Of a DNA stretch of 64,000 bases, positions 1-13,115 are shown piece by piece. How positions within the stretch are numbered: the first letter of the stretch is position 1; each line of letters begins with the position of its first letter. The DNA comes from the human T2T-CHM13v2.0 reference genome, Homo sapiens. The stretch lies in the NCBI RefSeq assembly GCF_009914755.1, contig NC_060932.1; one strand, given 5' to 3'. The translations under genes were made by a program, and so were the position numbers. The notes under the pieces are model-generated. The model saw only the letters and a list, made by a program, of their open reading frames with translations. It was not told where the DNA came from and made no database searches.

Positions 1-1665
1 CTTCTTTTTGTCATAATATAATTGGTAGGAACCTTGAACCTCTTGATATTCCACAAAACTTCATAGTGGTCCCTTTCTTTTATGACAATATGCTAATTGG
101 ACTTGAGAAGCAAGAACTAATAAGTATACTAGTTACTTAGAAATGTATCAGCATGCTGGAGAGTGGGATAGTAAGCCAGCTGAATGTGCAAGATCCTGCC
201 ATGTCCCTAAAACGGGATTCACTTTTCTGGGGCTTGTTGGAATAGACTTTCCAAAGGTAAAGGCAGTTAATGCAGTTTATGCTGCTCACCACAAAGAGTA
301 AGACACAATGCTTGGTGAGAATTTTAACTTTGGAAGCAATATGTACTACACTTAGGTATACTGTTCTGACCCTTGTTTCGAGTAACTTACGAAGCTTCCA
401 TTTTGAAGTGAGACACAGAAAAAAGAGAGAGCTCTTTAAATCCAGGCTGTTGTGTAGGCTCTAGGCTGTGTGAGACTTGGGGCTTAGGACCGATGATACT
501 TCAAGTGTCTTTTGCATAGAGGGATGCTTCATAGAGACTCTGATAACTCCAATAGGAGAAACATTGGGAAGATCCATATTTTGGAGCAAAGCCTTGTCAT
601 CCTCTGTCAGTAACAATTTTCTGTTTGTACAATGGTTATTTAAGGTTTTATCACAAAATGGATAAGCAGCTCCTGGCTAATGGTCCCTGTTAAAGACTGA
701 ACGTATGACCATAGGGCAAATGAATATAAAATCTAAGATGCCTATCAAAATCTTGATGTTTTCTATTCCAATGAATTATTAAGTTGGCATGCAGCACTAC
801 TAAATTGGAATGGCATGTGAGGGACGGGGTCCACATCTCTCCAGAAGACACATGTAAGTTACACAAGCAGTTGACTCAGACATTCATGATACTTTCCCTT
901 ATTGCTTCATTACTTCATTGTCTGACTTCTTTTTTGACATTTGGACAATTTTTATGACAAGGTAGCAAAAAAGGAACATTTGAAGGCCTGGTTTACAGAT
1001 GTGTCTGCATGGAACATTGGCACTAGTCAGAATCTGATGTCTATTCTCCATGTTGCCCAATAGCTCCACCCCAGGGTAACCCTGAAAGATAGTTATGAAG
1101 GTAAATCTTCCTGGGGGCAGAGTTTTAAATAGTACATGTGAAGTGGGGTTTTCCCACAGGATGTGGTATATGCTTCATACCAGAAACCAATGGTGGTGCC
1201 ATTTCCACCATAGCCATACTCCACAAGGCTGGAAATTAAGGAATGGAGGTGGGAGTGGAATTGGAACTGGTAGCAACAGAGGCCTTTGTTTCCAAAGGAG
1301 GAAGTTTCCATGAAGGAACACAGCCATAGTGCCACTAAACTGGTGTTTGAGGCTGTTTTCTGTCCATTTGTGGTTCCTCATGCCTATAAATCAGTAGAGA
1401 ACAGGGTTACTAAGTTGGCCAGTATAATGAAACATGATTATTTTCTTATTAACATTAACATAAAATGTGCCACCTCAATAATGAATGAATGACTGAAGAT
1501 CTAGATTCTTTGGAAATAAATATTTGAGTCTCTCTACCAGGTAAAAAAACACATATGAATCAAGGTGTTGGCAGAGGTTAAGGGAAACGTAAGATATAAG
1601 GAAGCTGTAATTATCACCTCCACCCTTGACACCAGCTATTGAAGGAAATACTAGTAGTTATGTCA
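1..1665 (+). mobile_element. Degraded ERV-L (class III) internal region: RT / RNase H / integrase C-terminus / dUTPase remnants
   Basis: Translated fragments match the ERV-L Pol order. LDIPQNFIVVPFFYDNMLIG from 42 resembles LDIPQNITLVHYIDDIMLIG. IFWSKALSS (ORF 477-665) resembles LGFWSKALPS. AWFTDVSA lies at ~986 and LKDSYEGKSS at ~1082 (RNase H). QDVVYASYQKP at ~1157 is the integrase end, and dUTPase-like VPLNWCLRL lies at ~1330. Many stops and frameshifts; runs off the left edge. Confidence 0.85.
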
Positions 1666-1739
1666 AAATGTATGTTAAGAGTATTTTTTATGTTAAAAGA
1701 TACATTATTTTTAAACTCAGAGGAATTTTAACACATTAA

Positions 1740-1860
1740 TTTAAAAATACAGGAACTGAAGCTAAGTAATATAAAGTAACCAATTTGTGGTCATACAACC
1801 AGTTTATGCCAGAACCAACATTTGCTGCCCTTTTGGCCCCTTTGTACCACATTATGCTGC
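1740..1860 (-). mobile_element. MIR fragment
   Basis: ggaactgaagctaag...ggtcatacaaccagt...gccagaacc resembles the reverse complement of the MIR core. Confidence 0.5.
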
Positions 1861-2501
1861 TGCACTGAGAGTGATTGTTGAAGGAAGGTGAAAGAGGGGC
1901 CCTTTATGGCATGGGGCCACCAGCAAGGACACTGGTTGCCTGGTCTAGAGACAATAATGCATTCAGAATCTTTCTCCAGTGTGAGCTGCCAAGGTTAGTT
2001 TGACCATCTCTCCTGATGTGCTTGACTTAAGGTCAAGCCTAGGAAAGAAGCATGTTGAATATGTTAAGAAGCAGGACAAACTTACATCTCATCTGAATTT
2101 CTGTATTCAAGTTAATAAGGACTTTATTATTCACCCCAAAGATAATCGTTGGTTATTTGCTTACCATTTTTATAACTTGAGAGCCTATTCTAGTGATTTT
2201 TATTCTCTACAAGGGAAACGATGTCTTTAGTAACAGTGTCTGAATAACACTTCTTTGGCTTAAAAAGTAATGTTTTCATCACCCAGTCCCCTCCCCTTTT
2301 TAATACAGAATGGTAGAACATGCTAAGTCAGACCATAATGTTCAAACATAAGAAATTATTATCCATTTCTTTTTGTGTTGTTATATTCATTTTAATGGCT
2401 GCAAAATACTATAGAGATTTGTCATATATTAACCAATTTCTTATTAATAGATATTTAATTTATTTTTGATAATTTCACTATTATAAGATTCACAATAGGT
2501 G

Positions 2502-2779
2502 GACTGAGCATGGTGGCTCACACAAGTAATCCCAGACCTTTGGGAGACAGAGGCAGGAGTTCGAGACCAACCTGGGCAGCAAACCAAGACCCCCATCTTT
2601 ACAAAAAAAAAAAATATCAGTCAGGTGGGCAGTGCATGCTTGTAGTTCCAGCTACATGGGAGGCAGAGGTGGGAGAATCACTTGAGCCCAGGAAGTCAAG
2701 GCTTCAGTGAGCTGTGATCATACTGCTGTGCTTCAGCCTGGCTTACAGAGCAAGATCCTGTCCCCCTCACCACCAAAAA
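2502..2779 (+). mobile_element. AluJ-like SINE, diverged, short deletion in left arm
   Basis: Dimeric Alu with central A-run at ~2603; tcacaata flanks both sides (possible TSD). Confidence 0.9.
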
Positions 2780-2939
2780 CATCACAATAAGCGTATTTGC
2801 ATCTGCATCTTTATGCAAATTAATAAGTAGCACCTAAGAATAAAAATTTCAAAGTAAATTGTTAAGTAAAGAAATAATATTTTAAATGCTCGCATTAAAT
2901 ATGTATTAATATTGATAAATGATATCTTTACAATAAGAA

Positions 2940-3200
2940 ATATACCTATTCAATGATGTAACTTGTCTTTCTATTTATTCAGTTCTTCTTTTATATCCTC
3001 TGTAATGCCCTCTAATTCTTTTTTATGTAAATTCTGTATATCTCCTGTTAAGTTTATTCCTAAAAATGTCACATTTTTGTTGCTATCCTGAATGGAGTTT
3101 CTGTTTTATTATATGTTCAAATTAGTTATTGCTGGCATAAAGAAAAGCTACTGATTTTACATATTTATTTGAAAACACACACCTTATTAAGCTATCTTAC
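2940..3200 (-). mobile_element. Old L1M ORF2 fragment
   Basis: ttaagtttattcctaa...tttttgttgctat...aatgga pattern typical of antisense L1 ORF2; heavily diverged. Confidence 0.55.
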
Positions 3201-4054
3201 TATAATATTAGACTTTTATTTAAGTAAAGGTATAAAGGTGTACAAGTTGTATTTTGAATCTCAGGAGATTTTGGTATATAATTTTTTTAAGAAAATAAAA
3301 TATATGAAAAATAACTTGCCAGGTCACAAAATTTTCCTCAGAATCTGGTTTAATTGGATTTAGGTCACATATTATTTTCAGGTCTACTCTTTAAAGACAG
3401 TTTAATTTTCACATGTCCTATACAGTTTTCTTATTTGAATGGATTTCATTTAGCACTCCTTTGCCTTCTTGTGATAACTTTCTCTCCTGCCCTAACAGTC
3501 TGATTTTTTTTGCTCATTGTAACTTCTGAAGTTCACTGTGAACTTCAATTCACAGCATACCCTGCTTTCAGGGAATTCTGTGTATGGAGTCCACCCTAGG
3601 GATATATACACCCCTGAACTCACCATGCCCTTACAATGGCTGCCTGTTCTACATGCTCAATTCTTTTTTAGGAAAATGCTTTTCCTAAGTGTCAAAACAG
3701 GTAACCAGAGCATATGGAAACATAACTCTGGTTAATTCACAGATTTGTACCTGCAGCATTAAGGTAAAATATTCCAGTTTCTGTTACAGACATAGGCTGC
3801 TAGGTACCTGGGTCTTCAGACAGAAAGGAAGGTGAAAGACCATTTCCAACTTTATGACCTAATCTATTTTATGGATGTTGCATGAGGTAGAATTTTAACA
3901 GATTTTTTTTCCATTGAATGAAGGAATCCCCATTTCACTACAAGGCAGATGGAAATTTCCAACATTCTGGTACATGGTTGTCTGACAGTGAGATTTCTTC
4001 TTTTTCAGTCTATTCCTACGGATTTTCATGAAAAATAAAAGAAGCAGTATTTAA

Positions 4055-4370
<316 letters not shown>

Positions 4371-4386
4371 AGATGTCAGTTTTAAA

Positions 4387-4765
4387 CTGTTGGTAGTAAT
4401 GTAAATTAGTATAAACACTATGGAAAACAGTATGGAAGTTCCTCAAAAAACTGAAAATAGACCTGCCATAAAATCTAGCAATTCCATTTCTACGTACATA
4501 GCCATTGGAATTGAAATCTGCATGTCGAAGATACATCTGCACTTCCATGTTCATTGCAGCATTATTCAAAACAGTCAAGATACGAATTCAACTTAAGTGT
4601 CTATGAATGGATGCATAAATAAAGAAAATGTGGTATATATACACAATTGAATACTAATCAGCCTTTAAAAAGAAGAGAATCCTGTTATTTGCAACAACAT
4701 GAACGAACTTGGAGAGCATTATGCTAAATGAGATTAGCCAAATACAAAAAGAAAAATGCCTTTCT
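4387..4765 (+). mobile_element. L1MA-type fragment (ORF2 C-terminus / 3' region)
   Basis: atggaaaacagtatggaagttcctcaaaaaactgaaaataga...aagaaaatgtggtatatatacac...ttgcaacaacatg. Confidence 0.9.
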
Positions 4766-5275
4766 TATTTAAAGTAATTCCATTTTAAGTAGTAAATAGT
4801 TGCAGAATTATATAATTTTGTGTTTCAAAAAAAATGCTGAAATGCCTTAAAATTGAATTAATGACTGGAATAAAAATGTCAGAATTATTACAAATATGCC
4901 CTAGAAATTACAATGCAAAATGTCATGGTTTATAAGAAATTTTATCCTCTTTAATAATCACTGTTTCTAATTTTTTTTCTCAGTTCTTTAGAAACTCAGC
5001 ATTTGAAACTTTTTTCATTTACAAACTTTCTCTTCTTTCCACTTTTTTCATTTTCTTGTTTTCCTTCCTACTTGGTCAAATGATTATCTGTGTTCTCTAG
5101 CATATAACATATAATACTTAGGCAGAAATTTGCATTTTAGTGGCTTTTCTTTTGTTTTACATATTTGCTATATTTTACCTGTTTTTCTTGACTCTTCTAA
5201 ACTATACACCTCCTTGGTTAGTTCTTAGATAATATAATTGGTCTTGCTGAGTCTGTCAGAGAAAAAAAAATGCCG

Positions 5276-5277
<2 letters not shown>

Positions 5278-5315
<38 letters not shown>
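5278..5315. repeat. (GT)19 microsatellite
   Basis: Uninterrupted GT run. Confidence 0.98.
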
Positions 5316-5317
<2 letters not shown>

Positions 5318-7559
5318 CTCTCAGTCTTTGACAAAAGGTTACATTGCTATGCTACATGAAAAGTATTAGGCTGTTGTTTCCCCTCTTGCATCTATTATCT
5401 GGATAAATATTGGAACTAGAACTTTTAAACTGATAGCAGAACATACATTAGAAGCTAAATAAAAAGGTAAATCACAAAAACAAGTTTCACAACTATATAT
5501 TGATCCCTACTCCTTAAATTTATTGTAATGCATTGAGCATATGTGTGATTGGACAATAAAAAGGATAAATAATTAAACAAACTTAACAACTGAAAATATT
5601 TTTACAAGTAAGTGAGAGAGGTATGCTACATTTCTCTCGGTGGAGTTCCATGACTTACTAAATTCAAGTCAAATTGAGAAAAATATATTCATTTGGCAAA
5701 TTCATTTTTCATTAAATATATACATTTCTTGAATTTCTTTGCATTTTATATTTAAAAGGAGTTTGTTTGGTTTCTGATTTTTTTTTCTTTTTACCTAGTT
5801 CTACTTTTCGTTACTGCTTAAAACAAACATTCTATTTCAAAGGCAACAGTGGAAGTTCTCTAGGGATTGGTGTTGCTCTATTGAGTGATCTTTGATCAGA
5901 TTGTAATGGAAAACTCCCTGCAGGTGATATAAAATGTGTACATATATTTGAATACATAAAATATGTGTTTTTTCATTTCTCCCATTCTTGACACTTCTGA
6001 GTATGGGCTTATTTAGTATGCTGGCTTCAAAATGATAGGATCATCTTGGAGGTAGATTTCAAAGGAGTGACAGTTTTAGAACTTGATGATGAAAATAATT
6101 GGATTTATAAACTCTTTGGTAACCAGGAAGTAAATCTCAACAATAACAGTAAAACCTGCTAGAATATAGAGTATATAGAAATGTAGAAGAATTTGGAAAC
6201 CTAATCCCAAAGATATACAATATACATTTTCCATTAAATGCGTTTTTAATATTACTAAGCATGATGACATTCACAAGCTTGGGTGGCTTAAAATATTGAA
6301 GACAGTCCTAGTAATACTCCTTTACTGAGGAAACAGATAATTTGTTTGTAAAATAAATATGTAATATTACCTTTACTGACATTTGTAAGTTCAAAGATCC
6401 TGGATTTTATGTATATATTACATAAAATTAGCTTTTAGACTCACATTAGGTTTTCAAAGAAAAACAAGGAAACTAAAAATTAGGGTTATCTATTCAAATA
6501 TCATTAATTAAATTATCTTTTTATTTTTCTGAGGCTACATTTACCCTTAGATTGCGTTACATTGTTAGACAGGAAGTGCTGAGAAACCATCTCTAGTATT
6601 TGGTACAATTGCAAGTAGTCATACTGCAGCAAAAAATTAAAAAATTAGAAAGAATGAACTGCTTCAGAGTAATTTCCCTCTATTTATTTGTGAAAACAGA
6701 AATTAAGAGCTTAAAACACCCTCTTTCACTTATTTTACATTAATAAATATGTAAAATATATTTTGAATTATATCCTAGACTCTCAATATTTATTGAGCAT
6801 CATGTAAGACATTGAGTAGATATGAAGGTATGTAAGGACTTGATCTGACCCTTAAAGTTATTATTAAAATAAATACACAATAAAAAAGAGTGCCAAATAT
6901 TGTATCTCACTTCACATGAATGTCCAGTTTTCTGCTTTAGGAGGCTAGAAAGTCGTGGATATTTGACAAATATATCTCTCCTTAGTTAGAAATCTACCAT
7001 ATTCATAATAAACACTTGAGACATGATGCTATTTTTAACATATTTTGAAACAGATGACTTAAATGTTTGTCAAGTTTTTCCTTGCATTTTCTTAGAAACT
7101 ACTGCTATCTTTGACTCAGTAATAGTATATATCCCTTTGCCCCATCTTCTAAATTTACTTTATCACTATTCTCTTAAGTCTGAAAAATGGCCAAAGTCAT
7201 TTATCAAATTTTCTTGTCTGCTTTGAATATGTTCTAATATTTTATCACTCAGATAAAAGCAACATAAAAAGATAGTTTTTAAGTAGATAAAAAGATAGTT
7301 TTAGAATATTGGTAATAAATCTTCTTATTAATATGTAACATCCAATAAAATATTATTAAATTAAAAGAGAAACATTAAAATGAGTATAAAAATCTCTTTT
7401 CCTACTAGCAGAGATACTAACTTCATTTTGAAATTATTATTTTTTAATGTAAATGGTATTTTACAATGCATGCATACACATTTCAAATTTTATTCTCGAG
7501 GAAACTGATTTCAATTTACTTCTTTATGCTATTTTTATTTTTATAATTGTGAGATTACG

Positions 7560-8080
7560 CTAAGAAAATGGTTTTGGTAGTGTTGTTTTTATGTGCATTT
7601 ATCCATGGCATTAAATTTGTTAATCCTCACTTTTAATGCCTAGATTACATGAATATATCATCATTTATGTAACTATTGCAATAGTCTAGAATATATGATT
7701 CCAACATTTTACTGTTAAAAATACATTTGGCATGAAAATTCTTATATGTAAATCTTATCTGATTATTTGTTTTGATTGGGTTACAAGAGCTAAAATTTCT
7801 GCATCAGTGGTGTGAATGTTACTAAAACCTTGATGCATACTGCCAACATACTTTTCAGAAAATTTTAGCAACTTGTAATTTCACCAAAAGCTCAGAATAT
7901 GCTCTTTTTAATGTCATCTTTATCAATACAACTATTACCCTTGTATTAATTCTTTGTCAATTGTGTAAAAATACATTCTTTGCTTTAATATGCACTTTTG
8001 TTGTTATTTAGACATGAGAACACTTTCATATACCTATCAATCACCTTATTTTTCTTCCATGTTCTTCTTTTTTCCACTTA
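7560..8080 (-). mobile_element. Very old L1ME-like fragment
   Basis: atactgccaacatacttttcagaa...ttgtaatttcaccaaaag and ttttgctttaatatgcactttt resemble the antisense L1M 3' region. Confidence 0.5.
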
Positions 8081-8427
8081 CTGTCATGATAATGTTTGGA
8101 AGCATACTAGAAAGGGAATTTGAGGAATGTGGTTTATCCCAGCCAAGTTGTCACACAACAAAGCCATCAAAGTCAGTAACACAGTGTTCATACATAATTT
8201 TCCTAATACAGTTGGATATATGAGAGAACACTTCTCCTCTCATTTATCTCCCTTTTCCCAAATTTCATAACTATTTTGACTTGTTTTTTTTTCCAGAGAT
8301 ATTCATGAAATTTACTCCCTCAAAAAATCTCATTAAAATTTTTTTAAGATTGCTATAATATGTAACTTGTTGAAGTAAGATATGTTATCTTCACAGTATT
8401 CACTAACTTATTTCCAAAACATAGTAT

Positions 8428-9439
8428 TGATAAAGACAGGAAACAGACAAATCCTAGGCAGATAGGGGTCAGTCCTCAGTGAAACCCCATCTGTAAGCTA
8501 AAAACAGCCTGAAACCCGTGGCCCAGAATGAGAACTCCTATTCCTGTTTGCCCACTCTTTCCTGATGGGTTCTTTCTGAATAATGCTTTTTAACCAGTCA
8601 CATGTTACCTTTTCTAATACTACCTACTGCCTGCCCCTCCCCATTCTGTACCCATAAACGCCCCAGATCCAGCCATACTGGGAGATAAACCACCTGAATT
8701 TGGGTGGTTGACCACCTGCGTGTCTCCTCTCCACTGAGAGCTGTTTCATTGATCAATAGCATTCTTCTCCTCCTTCCTCACTCTTCGAATGTCAGCATAT
8801 CCTCATTCTTCTTGCATATGGGACAGGAGCTTGGGACCCACTGAATGTGGGTACAGAGAAGGCTGTAACGTCGTGGCCCTCTGCCCTCCGCTGGCAGAGG
8901 GCAGCTGCCTCATGCCACAGCAGCAGTAGTGGGGCTGAGCTAGCCCCAGAGCCCTGTGCTGGAGCAGGACAAGGGGCTGACAGAGCTGTTAACATGCCCC
9001 CATTCATTGGGCTGCAGAGGGCAGGACAAAGAATGCTAATTAACATGCTGTTACATCCCCTCTGGAGCTTGAGTTTGCGAGCACCCCTGCCTGGGCATCA
9101 CCACATCCCTGTCATCTGGATGCCAGAGTCTGCCACAGGAGTGACATGTGACATACCTGTTCCAGCCACAAGCACCGCACAGGGCCTACTTCTGTGCTGG
9201 CACTTGGAACAGTGGGCCAGGCACCACATTCATTCGCTTGCATGCCCGCTCCAGCCAGGGGCTGAGCACGCAGTCACGGTGGCTGCAGGATCTGTGCTGG
9301 ATTGCCACCAGGTGCAGCCTGGTGGACCGAGTGGACAGGGCATCTCCTCTGGCAAACCCAGGCCCAAGTAAGGCCTGGTCAAGGACATTTCCAGCCAGGG
9401 GTCACCAGCTGGCAAGTGACTGAGAAAAACCCTGTGTTA
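8428..9439 (+). mobile_element. Solo ERV1 LTR, LTR28-like (~1.0 kb)
   Basis: Begins TGATAAAGACAGG...gtgaaacccc...gcctgaaacccgtggccc and ends gagaaaaaccctgtgtta. GC-rich block in AT-rich DNA; near TSD gtat/gtgt. Confidence 0.8.
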
Positions 9440-10149
9440 GTGTTTTTTCTCATTTATTATTTTCTCAGTTCTACTGGCAATTCTGTGATAAAATTGTTGT
9501 GCAAGTGGCTGTGATCCACCCGAGGCCTCAGGAGCATTGATATTAGGTGGCATGATTAGGCAGAAAAGGGGTATATTTTGCATTCACTAGCCTCCACTCA
9601 ATACTTTTGTGTGGCATGGATATCCAATTGAAAGCCAATAAATTTGACTCAGGGATCACTGAGGTAGAGAGAAATGTCCCACCACAGAGACTGAATTGGC
9701 CCCTGTGATCACAAAGCTGATTAGAATGTGTTAGAGACTCAAGAGAACTCGACAGTAATCAGAAGCTCTGTGGAGATGTTTTTAGAAAGTAGGTGCTGCC
9801 AAGCCTTCCTCAAGCTAAGGAAGAGGAGAACTCAAAGGAAAATAATGAAAGACTCCATCAGTGGATACCAGCAGAATGCAAGAGATGACATGCAGTAGGC
9901 ACTAATCTAATTTGTAAGTATCTGAGATGAGTGAGGATTTTTGAAGAAACCAGGTGAATCAGAATACCCCTTCATTGCACTGCTGTGAAGTTTGCTAAAC
10001 TGCTTCTAACACAAGCCCAGATGTAATTTTGAATAGGATAAGGAAAAGGAGTATCTGTAGTTAGAGCAATTACCTATTTGATAACTAAAGAGGTAACTTG
10101 ATTTATCTGTGTTAGGCTCAGTACTATTAACCAGAATTGACTATATTAT

Positions 10150-10385
10150 ATTAGAGTGACTATAGCTTGGGCTTTGAAATCATACCATCTAGGATTAAAA
10201 TCTGGGTCTGTCACTTACTAATCGGTGACATTGAACCATACACTTAATATTAGGAGCTCATAATTTTCATCTTGCAGATGAAAACAATAATACATATCTC
10301 ATAGTGTTTTGTGAGACTTAAAGTAGGGTAGTACATATAAACATTTTAGAAAAGTGTATAGTACAGAGTAAATTATCTTTTATTA
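10150..10385 (+). mobile_element. MIR
   Basis: gggctttgaaatc...ctgtcacttacta...gtgacattg...ctcatagtgttttgtgagacttaa. Confidence 0.75.
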
Positions 10386-10621
10386 TCATTATCACCACCA
10401 TGTTAATGGCAGTTCATTAAAAAAGTCAGAACACTTAAAAACAAAATTTAAAAGTAGTTCAATTTTCCTTATACATCTAAGTGTTAAAGTGAGTAAATTT
10501 GGACTACACTGCCTTATGCTCCAACTTTATTTATGTTTCATGATGACATCCCTTGCTTATTTTCAAATTAAGACATTGGCAACAGTGGTTGACATTTAAG
10601 AAGCATGATCCAATCAAGTAG

Positions 10622-10982
10622 TGTATTCATCTGTTCTCACACTGCTAATAAAGACATACCTGAGACTGTGTAATTTATAAATTTAAAATTTTAATTGACT
10701 CACAGTTTTACATGTCTGGAGAGGCCTCAAAATCATGGCAAAAGGTGAGGGAGGAGCAAAGTCACATCTTACATGGCGGCAGGCAAGAGAACATGTGCAG
10801 GGGAACTCCCCTTTATAAAACCATCAGATCTTGTGAGACTTATTCACTATCACAAGAACAGCATGGGAAAGACCCACCCCCATGATTCAATTACCTCCCA
10901 CTGAGTCCCTCCCATGACGTGGGAATTATGGGAGCTACAATTCAAGATGAGGTTTGGGTGGGGACACAGCAAAACCATATCA
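10622..10982 (-). mobile_element. THE1 solo LTR (THE1C/B-like, MaLR)
   Basis: tgtatt...ctgctaataaagacatacc...aaaccatatca; perfect 5-bp TSD AGTAG (10617-10621, 10983-10987). Confidence 0.95.
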
Positions 10983-11185
10983 AGTAGGTTTTAGATAAGA
11001 TGTACATAGGACATGTGTTACTTTTTCATGCCTCATAACTAATCAAGTCACACCAAAAATAGGCAAATAAAAAACCACCACCAATAATACAATGTGAATA
11101 AAAATACTTGAAATTACATTTCAGAGCTTGAACCTAGGGCAATCTGAAAAAATGAGGAAGCAGTGTTACTCCATAAATGACACAG

Positions 11186-11756
11186 TGTGTTGGGAATTCC
11201 CGACCACCTTCAGGTTCAGTGATTCACTAGATAGATTCACATAACTAAGAAAAGCTGTTGTACTCATGGTTAAGGTTTATTACCATGAAATTGTACCAAT
11301 CAAGTTAGCAAAAAAAGAGTTTAGAGAGCAGACACAAGCTTCCAGTTGTCTTCTCCCAATATAGTCACATGGATCACACTTGTGCAACTAGCAGCAATGC
11401 ATGACGACACATGTGAAGTATTGCCAACTGGGGAAATACACACAAACCTTGGTGTCCAGAATTTTTATTAGGGGCAGACATGGAGTAACCACATGGCTGA
11501 TCTTAGTTACTGAGTCTCCAGCTGCTCCAGAGGACAAACTGATTTTGTGTGGCCCAAGGCCCTCACCATAAATTACATTGTTAACATAAACTCTATGGTG
11601 TGTCCCGAGGCCCTAGGTAAACAAAGATGTTGTTATCAAGTGGAATATTCCAAGGGCTTAAAGGTATCTCCTAGGAATAGGTCAAGGGCCAAATCTTTCC
11701 TTGGAATGTGTAGGACTGCAATATCCCAGAACTGCTAGTCAACTCTTTACTGCACA
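11186..11756 (-). mobile_element. Solo ERVL LTR, MER77/MER68-like
   Basis: gaccaccttcaggttcagtgattcactag...aagcttccagttgtc...ctttactgcaca; candidate TSD cagtg. Confidence 0.75.
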
Positions 11757-11924
11757 GTGTATAGAATTGTTTAAAAAAGGAATAGTTTTAAGATCTATAA
11801 GATATTTTCTCATATTAGTTTATTTCAATCCATGTTCACATGCTCTGTATCCAACACTGCTTGATATACAAACTTAGAAAATGTGATACCTAACCAGAAA
11901 CAATTGTCCTAAAGAAAAGGACAC

Positions 11925-12085
11925 ATATTTACTGATTGCTGCAATGGTACAGACACACTGCAGCATCATTTGTATGTCATTTTATGTAACCTTCAGAACA
12001 ACCCTGTAATATATGTGTTGATTTTTTGTTTCTTACAAATGAGAAAACCAAGGCTCGAAGTGATAAACTCATTTTCTCTAGGTTG
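11925..12085 (-). mobile_element. MIR fragment (apparently continued at ~14299-14355)
   Basis: aacaaccctgtaa...ttacaaatgagaaaaccaaggctc matches the antisense MIR core. Confidence 0.7.
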
Positions 12086-12238
12086 TTCATTCATTCACCC
12101 TTTCAATATCAAATATTTGCCATGTCCCGGTTAGTAGATGATACTAGAAACATAATAAAATCAAAATAGACATGCTCTAGATTGTCACAGTGCTCATAGT
12201 CTAGGAGGACATAGAGAGGTAAACAAACAACCATCACC
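12086..12238 (-). mobile_element. L2 3' end
   Basis: ttcattcattca tail; gctcatagtctagg...aaacaaacaa. Confidence 0.6.
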
Positions 12239-13115
12239 TGTTTGAAGTAATACAAAGTTTATACTTGGGTCCTCTTTCCATTATATACTCTCTTCTGTAA
12301 ATGATCTTGTTTGTACTCAGAGTTTCATGGATATTTTCAACTCAGACATTTTCTCAGTATTCCAGACACATATGCTGAGTTGTCACCTTTTCTTAGCTTT
12401 CTCAAGGACACATCAAACTTAGTTGAAACCTAAACACATGATCTTTGCCTGAAAACAGCCTCCCCTGACACATATAACTGGTCTACTTTTGCATCTCAGA
12501 GATTGGCACTTTCTATCCTGTTGTGAAATCTGAGCATCATTCCTGACATTTGTGTTTCCTTCACCACATCAAGCCCCACTGGTGGTTTCTGTTAGGATGC
12601 TTTCAAATCTATTTACTTCTTCATCTCTCTACCCCATCTCCATAGCACAAGATACCATCAACTCACCTGTAATATTGACATCACCTCCTTACTGATCTAT
12701 CTGCATCTACATTGATTTCCTGCCAGCCATTTCCCACAATGCAGTCAGGGTGTTACATTGAAATGGCAAGTCTGATCATGTTACTGCTTCTGCTTAACAC
12801 TCTTCCATTATTTCCTATTGCTATTAGAATAAAGAACAAAATACTCCACACATTCACACATTCCTGAATGGCCTGGCTCTAAAACTTGGTTCTCCTGATC
12901 CCTGTTACCCACTTTCTCTGTATGCTCCACTGCCTTTAACTTTTCATAGCTAAAGTACTGTGCACTTTCCCTCACAAGACAATAGAGCAATTCCTGCATG
13001 TGGGGGTAACGCCTACTCATCCTTCAGATTTTACCCCAGTTGCCACAACCCCAGAGAAGCCTTCCTTGACCATCTTAAGTTATATTTCTGCTATTTATAC
13101 ACTTTTACTTGAATA

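Noticed and set aside
8847-9371. 174-aa ORF, the longest in the window
   Set aside because: Lies wholly within the GC-rich LTR28-like solo LTR, has a non-ATG start and no recognisable domain
9500-10000. Purine-rich stretch that may be an old LTR (likewise ~39500-40100)
   Set aside because: Could not assign to any family from sequence alone
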